Source: Mobula hypostoma
Lineage: Eukaryota
Direction: 5' to 3'
DNA: 64,000 nucleotides
Assembly (NCBI RefSeq): GCF_963921235.1
Contig: NC_086097.1
Location: 171,184,001-171,248,000 of the forward strand
Below the pieces are notes generated by a model. It was not told where the DNA came from and did not search any database. It saw only the letters and a list, made by a program, of their open reading frames with translations. Positions 26,341 to 38,280 of the stretch are shown here, in pieces (within the stretch, counting starts at the first letter, position 1; each line of letters begins with the position of its first letter). The translations under genes were made by a program, and so were the position numbers.

Positions 26341-28139
26341 ATTTCATTGTCCCTACATTAGTGTGCTGTTCCAATCACTGCATTTGAGGAAGTGAGGGAA
26401 GTTCTCAAGGCTGCAGAAGGTACTTACTGGGATGTTTCCAGGGGCAAAGGATTTCAGCTCCAAACCTGGACTGAACTTAACTCTTCTCCTTGGGTGGAAG
26501 AAGTTTAGGAGGTGAGTTGTTAAAGATGGATTCAACTAGTTTAGATTGGTTAAGTAGAGGCCAGATGTTCCCATTGGCAGAAGGTTCATGGACCACAGGG
26601 CAGAGAATTAAACTTCTGAGGTAAGGATACAAAAAGAATGTGAAGTGAACTATCTCAACACTGGGAGCACACAAGAGATTTGCAGATGCTGGAAATCCAG
26701 AGCAACACATACAATTCTGGAGGAACTCAGCAAGTCAGGCAGCATCTATGAAGTGAAATTCGTTGGGACAGGAAAACAAGGGGACGTTAGGAGTAGTTCT
26801 GTATAATTTACTTTTAATTTATCTTTTCCTGTGAATGCTGTGTCTCTAGTGCTATGTGCCTGTGATGCTGCTGCAAGTAAATTTTTCATTGCACCTAGGC
26901 ATATGATAATAAACTTGACTTTGGCTTTGACTTTGATCCAGAGCTCACAGTATGCAGAGATAAGTCAATCTGTGCCATCTACAGGCCCTTAGACATTTTG
27001 TGAGGGAGAGTAATTTGCAGGGCATGATGAAAGAATGTGGACAGTGAGATGAGACTGATGGATTTGCTGTATTAGGATCTTTGTGCTGTAACAATCCCTT
27101 GGCTCCATACTTATAACATTAGAATATCCTCAGGTCAATGGAAGAAACTGCAGAAGTTTTATCAAAGGAAGTAGACTTAGGTATTTATTGCTGCTCACCT
27201 ATCAGAGCTTTAAGGAGCTGGTAAACTGGAAACCTCATGTGGAAGTCAGTAGTCGTATTAGAAAGTGTAAATGATTGGTAATATTTGTGTGAGAATTACA
27301 ACTGGAATGTTTCTGAATGTCTCAGCTGGAAATGGATCAGAAATGATTGTCATTTGAGTAGTTAGTTCCATGGCGTCATTGAGTCATGGAGATATATAGC
27401 ATGGAAACAACTCATTCATGTTGAGCAAGATGTCCAACCACCATAGTCCAGGAACTGAAACGTAATGCACTCCTTCTTGTAGTTGGACCTGAAGTATTCC
27501 TGTCACCTGCAAAATAGTCAATGAAGTCCTGTGTATGGCATTTCCTATGGCTGCATGATGATAACATTCTCTGATAAACAAGGTCTGTAACCGGTCAGTC
27601 CGTAGCAGACTCGTCACTTCCTTCCTACCAGTCCATCTGCATGGTGTCTTGTTTCATAACATTCTCAGCAATGATGCCTGTCAACTTGATCATCCCCTCT
27701 TCTCTCTTCGACTTTCTGGAGCTTGAAAGCTCTGACAATGAAACTCAAGAATGGCTTCTTCCCCACTGCTATCAGACTCCTGAATCAAACACCTTTTTCA
27801 CAAACCCTCCCCAGCAATGCTGCCATATTCTTGGATTCTTAATTCTGCCTTTCTTTTGGCTATTATCACTTCAGAATTTTTTTGTACTATTCCAGATTGC
27901 AATACAATCTTTTCACTTTCTGTTGTTTAGTGCTCATCGCTGTTTCCATTGCAGTATTTATTATTTCCATGCATGCTGTTTATTCTGTGAGCTTCATGCA
28001 AGCAAGGGATTTCATTGCATCCTGGTGTGAATGACAATAAACTAATCTGAATATAGATTTGAATGTAAAACCAATCTGTTTAGACAAGATGTTGCAGATG
28101 ATACAGTACCAGGTAGCAGTGCAGATTCCAAAGATTTTA

Positions 28140-28755
28140 CGAGGGGGGATTGATAAGTTCGTGGCCTAAGGTAGAAGGAGTCAATTTTAGAAAACCTAGC
28201 ACATTTATTTTCCAACATAGTCCCCTCCTACATGTACACACTTAGTCCAGCGGTCATGGAACATACGGATCCCTTCTTTGTAGGAGTGGTCCACAGCAGG
28301 GGTGATTGATAAATTCGTGACCTAAGGAGATGAGTTATTAACTTCAAACTTTCTGCATTATCACTCAAAGAGTTGAACTGCACGTGCATGTAACGAGAGC
28401 GTCTTGGACCTCCAGGTGGTCCACAGCAGAGGTGACTAATAAGTTCGTGGCCTTAGGTAGAAGGAGATGAGTTATACAGCTCTAGTTACATGCACTTGCA
28501 GTTCAACTCTTTAAGTGAAAATGTAGAAAGCTTGAAGTTAATAACTCATCTCCTTCTACCGTAGGCCACGAACTTATCAATCATCCCCGCTTTGAACCAC
28601 TTCTGGAGGTCCAAGACGCCGACCTCCACAAAGAAGGGATCCGTATGCTCCATGACTGCTGGACTAAGTGTATAAATGTAGGAAAAATAAATGTGCTAGG
28701 TTTTCTAAAATTGACTCCTTCTACCCTAGGCCACGAACTTATCAATCACCCCTCG
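28140..28755. mobile_element. Mariner-derived fold-back non-autonomous element
   Basis: TA|CGAGGGGGGATTGATAAGTTCGTGGCC…GGCCACGAACTTATCAATCACCCCTCG|TA. Both arms carry the transposase C-terminus (YKEGIRM.HD.WTKC..VG), and three more TIR copies lie inside. Confidence 0.9.
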
Positions 28756-28919
28756 TACCAGACAGACCAGTCAGGGAAGTCTAACTGAAGTCTTCTAACA
28801 GAACTTGGTATGAAACATTTCACACGAGGAAGTAAGCAATCAAAACAGAGATAAAATATTGTTCTGAAAAAAATAGTAAAGTGGGATCTTTATGCCATAG
28901 GTTTCAGTTGCAAAGGTTT

Positions 28920-29262
28920 TAGTTCAAAGTTCAAAATAAATTTATTATCAAAGTACATATATGTCACCATATAAGACCCTGAGATTCTTTTTCTTGCAGG
29001 CGTGTACAGTAAATCCAAAAAGCACAGTAGAATCACTGAAAGACCATGCCTATCAGGATGGACAAACAACAAATGAGCAGAATACATCAAACTGAAAATA
29101 CAAAAAGAAAAGCTGAAAATAAATAACGTAAGTAAATAAATAAGCAATAAACATGTAGAACGTGAGATGAAGAATCCTTGAAAGTGAGACCAAAGGTTGT
29201 GAGAACAATTCATTGTTGTGGCAAGTGAAGTTGAGTGAAATTATCCCCACTGGCTCAAGAGC
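28920..29262 (-). mobile_element. Rex1/Babar-type 3' UTR and tail
   Basis: Reverse-complement (TTTGAAC)n tail. Same family as 10187, 41495 and 55390. Confidence 0.6.
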
Positions 29263-30564
29263 AGTTATATAGAGAGACAGGAGATGCTAAGGGTCTGGAG
29301 GTTTCTGGAGCTGAAGAGATTTGATACAAAGTCATAAATAGTTGGCAAAAAATCAAAGGCAGAATGTGGAGCTGTGATCTGAATTTACAGTCTCATAAGG
29401 ATAGTGGAAGCAGATTAAATCATGATTTTTAAATATTTGAAGGAGGTATGTTTGCAGGGAGATGGGGAAAGGGACTTGATACTGAGGCTAACTGAATGGG
29501 TTTTCTGAAGAGCCAGGTACAATGGTCTGAATGGCCTCATTTTTGCCAAATTATTTGACAGTTCTGTTCTGAGAAATGCATTGGTAGGAATGTTTAGAAC
29601 TCTACTGTATATTGCATTAAAAATAATCTTCCTCTGATATAAATGATGAATGCATTGTTTACAATCCAGCTCAACAACATGGCAAAAATTGAACTAGCAA
29701 TCTCAGTTGATAGAGTAATTGGTATAAGTAGTGACAGGTGATGCCTTGAACCTTCAAAGACCTTAAGACATAATCGCAGAATTAGGCCATTGGGCTTACT
29801 GAGTATGCTCTGCTATTCGATCATGGCTGATTTATTACTCCCTCTCAATCCCATTCTCATGGCTTCTTGCGGTAACCTTTGACATCCTTGCTGATCAAGA
29901 GCCTGTCAACAATTATGGTTGGCAGAGCAGCGTAGAAGCTCATGTTATGCTTTACAGAACCAATGAGAGTGGAGAAATTTGATAAGTACCTAAGGGTCAT
30001 CCTATACACCCAGAGGAAGCTCAGTATATGGAAGAGCTGCCAGAGGAAGTGAGTGAGGCAGGTACATTAATGACACTTGGATACTTGGACAGATACATGA
30101 ATAGGAAAGATCTAGAAGGATATGGGCAAATGGCACTAGTTTAGATGGGGATCTCATTTTGGCTGAATGTTCTGTTTCTGTGCAACATGACACTATGATC
30201 CTACTCTTCCATCCCTTATACTTGAGAGGACTGTCCTATCAAGAGATTCTAAACAGATTGTATCTGTATTCCTTGGAGTTTAGAAGAATGTGTGTGATCC
30301 TCTTGTGACAGGTAAGATGGTTTGACAGGTTAACTATTGACTGTTTTTATACCAGTGGAGATCAGGCGGTAGACGTATTAAATGAAGGTGCACAGAAATT
30401 AATTTTTGTAGAGGGTAGCGAATCTCTGGGATTTTTAACCTTGGAGTATGGTGGAAGCCAGAAGATTAAAAGTATTAAAGGTAAAGGTAGATAAATTTTA
30501 GTTTGTTCGGGGGATTGGCAACTGTTGAGGAATCGGCACAAAAGCCTCCAGTAGATTGAATGGT

Positions 30565-30890
30565 GGGCTGAGTTGTCCTCTCGAGGGGCTGAGTTGTCCT
30601 CTCAAGGGGCTGAGTTGTCCTCTCGAGGGGCTGAGTTGTCCTCTCGAGGGGCTGAGTTGGCCTCTCGAGGGGCTGATTTGGCCTATTAAAGGGCTGATTG
30701 TCCTCTTGAGGGGCTGATTGTCCTATTGAGGGGCTGATTGTCCTCTCGAGGGGCAGAATTGGCCTATTGAGGGGCTGATTGGCCTCTTGAGGGGCTGAGT
30801 TGGCCTATTGAGGGACTGATTGGCCTCTCGAGGGGCTGAGTTGGCCTATGAGGGGCTGATTGGCCTATTGAGGGGCTGATTTGGCCTATT
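30565..30890 (+). repeat. Minisatellite, about 16 copies of a 19-22 bp unit (GGGGCTGAGTTG(T/G)CCT(C/A)T(C/T)GA), at the 3' end of a degraded CR1
   Basis: Units read directly from the sequence. The last unit runs into CR1-like …GGCCTATTCCTACTCC. Confidence 0.9.
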
Positions 30891-32099
30891 CCTACTCCGA
30901 CTTTATTGAGGTTTTGCATGTTTGTAATCAAAGTATATAAATTTCAAAATATCTTGCCCATCTCAAATGAATGCTGCCTCATAAATTTCAAATTGAAGTA
31001 AACATTAACAGATGCATTGCTTAAGCTGCACAAAAGGTGCTAGAATAGTCCGAGAAGTGGGTGATTGGCTGAAAGCGCCGTAAGGCCTGGTCAGATGAAC
31101 TAAAAAGACTTGTTCATTCCTAATGAGATCAAATCACTGCTGCAACTGTGGGGCTTGAGGGTGATTAAGTAGTTTACCAAGACAAGTTTTGAAATGTACA
31201 GCATGAAGTAGCTGGGTTTATATGTTTCCTGTAGATATCTCTGCTCAGAGAAACAAAATTGAATCTGCACACAATTTTTCAAGAGGATTTTGTGAGCATA
31301 AACAAGACAAAGTTGTGATGCGAAAGGAAAATGTTTTAGTAAATCATTTTTCATTCCTCTCGAGCTCACGCTGCTGTCCTCTATTGGTTGTTACTGACGG
31401 GAATCATTGTTCAACCTGTCACCAGTTAGATCAGGACTTTCATCACACCACTGCAGAAACATCATGAATTACACTCTGAGCTCTGTCAAAAAAAAAAGCA
31501 GAATTAAGCAGCCAGAAGCAAGGTTATTTGTTAACAACTGGAGCCACGCGTGTGCATATAGCTCATGATCATTTATGATTCACTGGTTGTCCTGAATAAA
31601 TCAGACATCAGACAGTTTGAGGCAAGTAACTGAAGAATAAAAGAGCAATGTGCAATATAGTTTTCAACTAAATCCAAGAACTTTTGTGCATTTTATTGAA
31701 GTGGCAACTTGTCGTCAGAAAATATGCTGGTAAAATTCAAAACTAGTTTCAAAAACTCAACAGGTACAAGAGACAGCGGATGCTAGAACCCAAAGTGCGT
31801 GGCTCCATCTGTCACTCATCCTTTACTACTCCTCAGCACTTCTGGTCCCTGTCTCACTCCACCAACTTTCCTCTTTATGATGACCCTCTTCCCTCTCCAC
31901 TCTCAGTCCTAAAATAAACTCTGAACACCAGCAATTCTTTAGCCCAATGATGCTGCTCAATCCATTAAATTCCTCCAGCGGTTTGTAATTTTCCTCATAG
32001 CTTCAAGATTCCTGCCAATAGTTTAAGAACATGATAGAAGTCATAAAGAGGTACAGCACAGAGACAGGCAACAACCTTCAAGCTCTCATTTATGCTAAT

Positions 32100-32355
32100 C
32101 CCATTTTATTCTCCCCATATTCCCTTTAACTGCCCCCAGATTCTAACGCTGACCCTCACACTGGAGGCAATTTACAGTGGCCAATTAATTTACCAATCCA
32201 CAGTTTTTCCAAATGAAGGAGGAAAGCAGAGTGCCCAGGAGAAATCGACACAGGCACAAGGAGAATGAGCAATCTTCGCACACTGGAGGCCAGGATCAAA
32301 TCCTGGTCAGTGGAGCTATGAGACTTTAGCACCATTAGCTGCTTCACTCTGCATC
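32100..32355 (-). mobile_element. V-SINE
   Basis: Reverse complement of the V-domain (…ggcaatttacagtggccaattaatttacc…) and a tRNA-like head. Confidence 0.7.
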
Positions 32356-32818
32356 CCAATGTCTCTGTGAAGGCACTGTCTTTACAAAATTCATAAAGGA
32401 CTTCCTAAAATCAGGAAATGCCAATTCCTTGTAGAATATGTAGATGCATTCTACATCTGTTAAGGTATATGCAGAGAGCAAAGGAAGTCGAGATTTTAAT
32501 AAAAGAGTCTCAGTTTACCTTTATGTACTGTGGCAATCCACTTTCTGGCACACACGAACCGGCTCACGAAACAGTGCGCGCCAGCAAAGAGGCTGGCCCC
32601 AAAAAGGGCGCCAGGCCATCTTCACCAGCAGGGGGAAAATCCCGCGTGTGGAAGGGGTCTGGGAATATGCATTCCCCACAGCAGTCCCGCCCCAGAGAGG
32701 GCGGGAACGGGAAGGCTTTAAAGGAGGCCACGAAGTTTGAATAAATCTCTGTATCGCAGCTCCAACTCACCAACTCCGTGTGGTTATTCTAGCGCTGTGT
32801 GTAGCACACCACTACATT

Positions 32819-32832
32819 TGGTGACCCCGACG
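32819..32832 (+). promoter_or_regulatory. Primer-binding site complementary to the tRNA-Trp 3' end
   Basis: TGGTGACCCCGACG, 2 nt after the 5' LTR, matches the first 14 nt of the known Trp PBS (TGGTGACCCCGACGTGAT). Confidence 0.85.
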
Positions 32833-32856
32833 ACCCAAACGATACTTGGGCCAGAG

Positions 32857-33600
32857 ATGACCGACGCCACATCTGTTCACTCAGTTTCATTACAACTGCC
32901 AAGCTTTTGGCCGCTGAGATCTCGTCTGTGGTTTGAACAGGCAGAAGCACAATTCCACATTCGGCAGATAACCTCGGAGTCCACTCGTTACTACTACGTG
33001 CTGAGCTCCCTCGACCAAGAGACTGCTGTACAAGTTGAGGAGTTTATACAGTCGCCCCCGGAGAACGTCAAATACACAGCATTCAAAGCCCTGCTCATAA
33101 GGACTTTCGGACTCTCACGGCGCGAACGAGCACGCCGCTTAATGCACCTGGATGGTTTGGGAGACAGGCCGCCGTCGGCACTAATGAACGAAATGCTGGC
33201 CCTGGCTGAAGGACACAAAGCCTGCCTCATGTTTGAGCAGGCGTTCCTAGAGCAACTGCCCGAGGACATATGCCTGCTGCTGTCCGACGCAGATTTCAGC
33301 AACCCCCAGGAGGTGGCGGCCCGGGCAGATGTGCTGTGGAAAGCCAAGAAGGAGAGAGGGGCATCCGTCGCACAGATCACCAAGCCGCGTGCCCAACGGC
33401 AGACCAGACCAGACCAGGCCCGGCAGCAGAGCCCAACGAACAATGGTGCTTCTACCACCAGCGGTGGGGCACAGAGGCCCGCCGCTGTAGACCACCCTGC
33501 AAATTCCCGGGAAACGCCAAGGCCCAGCCGCCGCCGATTGCTGCGGCGGCTGGCCATTAGGACAGCCTCCTGTATGTCTGGGACAAGCAGTCGGGACGCC
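32857..33600 (+). pseudogene. Gypsy gag, frameshifted near the C-terminus
   Basis: MTDATSV…LPSFW…WFEQAEAQF…LGDRPPSALM. A shifted frame carries WCFYHQRWGTEARRCRPPC. Confidence 0.8.
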
Positions 33601-35501
33601 GATTTTTGGTCGACACCAGAGCGGAGATCAGCGTTTTACCTCCAACGAGTTACGACACCCGCAACAGAAAACCCGGACCCACCCTGAGGGCCGCAAATGG
33701 CAGCACAATACGAACCTGCAGCACCTGCACGGTGCGGCTACAGTTCAGCTCCAGCCGGTTCACGTGGGACTTCACACTGGCTGCCGTGGCCCAACCACTC
33801 CTGGGGGGGGGGATTTTCTGCGAGCCCACAACCTGCTGGTCGACCTGCAAGGGAAGCGATTAGTCCACGCCAAGACTTTTCAAACGTTCTCCCTGTGTGA
33901 AGCAAAGTTGCCAGCCCCACACTTGGACTCCATCACGCTGTCCGGCGACGAATTCACCAGGGTCCTGGTGGATTTCCCATCAGTTCTGACACCGCAGTTC
34001 ACGGCAGCCATGCCCAGACACGGAGTACAGCACCACATCCCGACCCAGGGACCACCCCTCCACGCCTGTGCTCGAAGGCTTCCCCCGGACAAGCTCCAAC
34101 TGGTGAAGGAGGAGTTCAAGAAGATGGAGGAATTGGGGATCATACGACGGTCCGACAGCCCATGGGCCTCCCCGCTCCCTGCCCAAGGCAACGGGGGGCT
34201 GGAGACCATGCGGTGACTACCACAGACTGAATGAGGCTACAACGCCAGACCGCTACCCTGTGCCACACATTCAAGACTTTGCAGCAAACCTACATGGCGC
34301 AAGGATCTGCACAACTCGTCAGCCGAGTTGGTGTACGGCGCACCCCTGGTCGTCCCAGGAGAGTTCATACCAGCCCCAAGGGGGCAAGAGGAAGAACCCA
34401 CAGCAGTCCTGGACAGACTACGGGAGAGGCTCGGTAACCTGGCCCCCATACCCACTTCACAGCACGGACAGAGCCCGACCTGCGTACCCAAAGACCTGCA
34501 GAACTGTAAGTTTCTTTTTGTACGACGGGGTGGACACCAGGCACCGCTACAGCGGCCCTACGAGGGGCTGTTTAAGGTCATCAGGAGCAACGGGTCCACG
34601 TTCGTGCAGGACGTTGGGGGGAGAGAGGAGGTTTTCACGGTGGACCGACTCAAACCGGCCCATGTGGACTTGGCGCAGCCGGTCCAGGCTCAGGCACCGC
34701 GGCGCAGGGGCAGACCTCCCAAACAGAGGCCGATCCAGACTGTGGACATTGGGGGAGGTATCGCCGGTTCTGGGGGGGGTGGGTTATGTGGCGACCCACT
34801 TTCTGGCACACACGAACCGGCTCACGAAACAGCGCGCGTCGGCAAAGAGGCCGGCCCCAAAAAGTGCACCAGGCCATCCTCACCAGCAGGGGGAAAATCC
34901 CGCGCGCGGAAAGGGTCTGGGAATATGCATTCCCCACAGCAGTCCCGCCCCAGGGAGGGTGGGAACAGGAAGGCTTTAAAGCAGGCCGTGAAGTTTGAGT
35001 AAATTTCTTTATCGCAACTCCAACTCACCAACTCCATGTGGTTATTCTAGCGCTGTGTGTAGCGCACCGCTACATTAACTTAATATTAAGAAAAAGAAAG
35101 GTTAAATTTTGTTTTATTTTTCTTTCAGGCTTTAGACATTACTGCCTAGGTTGACATTTAATTCACATCCTTTCAGCCCTTGAGAAGGTGATGGTGAGTA
35201 CTCTTCTTGAACTATTGAGGACTTTTTTGGAAAAGGAAGGTCTGAAAGTAGGGTCTTAACTTCAAGTCTTAATCATTCTAATGCTCTGTGAGATACTTCT
35301 AGGGTTGAGACCAAGTGAAGATGAAGGAACAATAAAATATTTCTAAGCCAGGAAGGTACATGACTTGCAGAAGAACCTGTAGGTGATGGTGTTACCATGT
35401 GCCTCGTGAACTTGTCCTTCTTGGTGTTGAAGTAGATGGGTTAGATGAGTTAGAGGTAAGGAACTGCAGTGCAGTTTGTAAATGTGCACACTGCGGCAAC
35501 A

Positions 35502-35889
35502 GGACACCAGTGGTAGAGGGGTTGGCATGCCTGGTAGTTGGGACACCAGTGGTAGAGGGGATGGCATGCCTGGTAGTTGGGACACCAGTGGTAGAGGGGA
35601 TGGCATGCCTGGTAGTTAGGACACCAGTGGTAGAGGGGATGGTATGCCTGGTAGCTGGGACACCAGTGGTAGAGGGGTTGGCATGCCTGGTACTTGGGAC
35701 ACCAGTGGTGGAGGGGGTGGTATACCTGGTATTTGGGACACCAGTGATAGAGGGGATGGTATGCCTGGTACTTGGGACACCAGTGGTAGAGATGGTATGC
35801 CTGGTACTTGGGACACCAGTGGTAGAGGGGATGGCATGCCTGGTACTTGGGACACCAGTGGTAGAGCGGTTGGCATGCCTGGTAGTTGG
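35502..35889. repeat. Minisatellite, 10 copies of a 39-bp unit (one unit is 36 bp)
   Basis: Unit GGACACCAGTGGTAGAGGGGATGGCATGCCTGGTA(G/C)TTG. It explains the overlapping repetitive ORFs at 35343-35930. Confidence 0.95.
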
Positions 35890-37587
35890 TGGTATTGATC
35901 TGCTGGAGTGTTGTTGAGAACTCCATTCATCCAGGCAAGTGGAGATTATTGAATCATATTCCTGTTTTATGCCTATAGTTGGAGGGAAGGTCTCAAGTTG
36001 TCAGGTAGTGGGCGACTTGAAGCAGAACATCCTGCTGTCTTGCTTTGTATTATTCTAGCTGGTCCAATCAGATTTATGTTTAATGGTAGCCCCCAGAACA
36101 TTGACAGTGGAGGATTTTGTGATGGTAATACCACTAATAAACAGAGAAAAGTGAAGAGTGATAAAACAACAAGAAATAAAAATTCAAATCCTCCATTCCC
36201 AACATCACAACCAATAACTTATCAACTACAGAACGACACTTCACAGTAACATTTGTTGCCTTTCAGGACCAGAGGGCATTGCATGAATATAAATGCCTTT
36301 ATTAAAATGGTACTTATGTTGTTAATTACTGGTTCTATCTTTCTGGACTGAGATTAATTGGTGATTAATGCATAATACAACGGCTTCATGAAACTGATAG
36401 GTAAGTGTTTCCTCAGGAGTAACTGCACCAATCATTCAGTGACTTCTGTGCACTACAAGTCACATGGCATGTCTCCCTCTTCACAAGCGGATACGTGATC
36501 CAAATTTATTAAATTCTTAAGTTTACCCTTAGTTCTTCTTCGGCACTGGAGGAATGATGCAAGATACCTATTGTATATGTGTAAGGATGAGTCTACTTCC
36601 CCAGGAGGCTAAAGAAATCAGTTATGACTTCTTGATCCTTACCAAATGTTATTGATGCACCATAGAAAACGTCCTATCTGGATGCATAATGACTTGGTAT
36701 GGCAACTGATCTGCATGTGACCACAAGAAACTGCAGAGGGCCACGGATGTGGTTCAGTATATCACAGAAACCAGCCTCCCCTCTGGACTCTTATATTTCT
36801 CACTGCAGTCAACATAATCAAAGTCCTCACTCACCCCAAACATTTTCTCTTCTCCCCTTCCCGTCGGGCAGGAGATATAAAAGCCTGAAACCTCATACCA
36901 CCAGGCTCAAGAACAGTTTCCACCTCATCGTTATAAGACTATTAATTAGTTCCCTAGACCTCACCATCAACCTTTTTAATGATCTTGCACCTTATTGTTT
37001 ATCTGACTGAAGTTTATTTGTAGCTGTTACACTTCATTTTGCATTGCTGTTGGCTTACTTCAATGTTCTGTGCAATGATCTGATCTGTTGTGAACATTAT
37101 GCAAGACAAGCTTTTCACTAGATCTCAGTATATGTGGCAATAATAAACCAGCTTCAATTCCAAAAGCCAGCTTTCATCAGGTACTGTGACTCTTCATACA
37201 TTGGTGCATTCAGGCACTGCAGTTCAAGAAAAAGTATAGTCTGTTTAAAGCTCCATCTCAGTTGATTTTCTTATGCAACCAGTAAAAGAAAGGGAAACTT
37301 ATGGTCCTGGGAAACAAGTAAACCAATTCTAATACACACAAGTATCTCAGTTCTGAGCAGAACTTGTTTTGATCAGCTTCACCAGTTTTACAGGGACATC
37401 AATCATTGTTAGTGCTTGATGGAAGAATAACATGGCACATCAAAGAAAGGTTGAAACACATCTCTATCCAAACTTTTTGAAGTATTTTTATGACTAATAC
37501 TATCTCCAGCAGAGGCAAACTTCAAAATTGTAGACCACAAGATGTTTATCATATCTTAATGCTAAATTACTGATTTGAGTGTGAATC

Positions 37588-37598
37588 CTCTTTCCCTT

Positions 37599-37632
<34 letters not shown>

Positions 37633-37684
37633 ACTCACACACACATTCTCTCATTCTCTCTTTCTTTCTCCCTTTGTCTCTCCC
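37588..37684. repeat. (CT)n/(CA)n microsatellite
   Basis: Read directly from the sequence. Confidence 0.9.
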
Positions 37685-38102
37685 TCAGGCTACGTCCACA
37701 CTAGACCAGATAAATCCGTAACGGAAGTTTTTCCTCTTCGTTTTGACCCTCCATCCTCACTGAAACGGCGTTTTCCTCCCCCGAAAACAGAGCTTTTCTA
37801 AAATGCTCTCCAGAGTGTGTAAATCTGAAAACTCCGGTTGGCCGTTGTAGTGTGTACGGGGTAACCGGAACTTTCTAAAAACGCTGTCGTGACGTGCCAG
37901 AACAGATGGTGGCGGCAGCGTGGCATTTCATTGCTTTTTTGAACGCATATAGCGGTCGAGGATGTTGTTGTATTTGGTTTGGCATGACTCCCAGTCCACG
38001 TTCTCCACTGCTTTGCTGACTTTGTAGTCATTTGTAACTCGTAGAAGCAGCTCAACTTCATCATCTGTCCAAACGAGGAAATCCGGTCTGCTTTTTCCAG
38101 CG

Positions 38103-38280
38103 TAAACACGAGGAATTCTGCAGATGCTGGAGATTCAAGCAACACATATCAAAGTTGCTGGTGAACGCAGCTAAGGGTTAGTCCTGACAAAGGGTCTCAG
38201 CCCGAAACGTCGACTGTACCTCTTCCTAGAGATGCTGCCTGGCCTGCTGCGTTCACCAGCAACTTTGATGTGTGTTGCTC
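38103..38280. mobile_element. Penelope-like terminal-repeat fold-back insertion inside the Harbinger element
   Basis: Inverted arms AGCAACACA…GAACGCAGC and GCTGCGTTC…TGTGTTGCT. Flanks CTTTTTCCAGCG (38091-38102) and CTTCTTCCAGCG (38281-38292). Confidence 0.8.
38180..38215 (+). ncRNA. Minimal type-I hammerhead ribozyme-like motif, core mutated
   Basis: AGUC-CUGAcaA-aGGGucucagCCC-GAAA-cg-UC-GACU: stem I AGUC/GACU, stem II GGG/CCC. The G of CUGAnGA is an A at 38189. Confidence 0.6.

Larger units (their letters stand above)
32529..35074 (+). mobile_element. Internally deleted Ty3/Gypsy LTR retrotransposon
   Basis: 288-bp LTRs TGTGG…TACA at 32529-32816 and 34787-35074. PBS, gag, protease (LVDTRAEISVLP), RT start (SPWASPL…DRYPVPHIQDF) fused to integrase C-terminus (ELVYG…PYEG…VDRLKPAH), and a G-rich PPT. 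Confidence 0.93.

Noticed and set aside
30565..30890. CRISPR-like appearance of the regular short repeats (also 35502-35889)
   Set aside because: The units are contiguous with no unique spacers, there are no cas genes, and the context is vertebrate. These are minisatellites.
36266..36406. Candidate exon ending at AG|GTAAGT (about 36400)
   Set aside because: No convincing open frame or recognisable peptide upstream, and isolated splice-like motifs are expected by chance in 64 kb.
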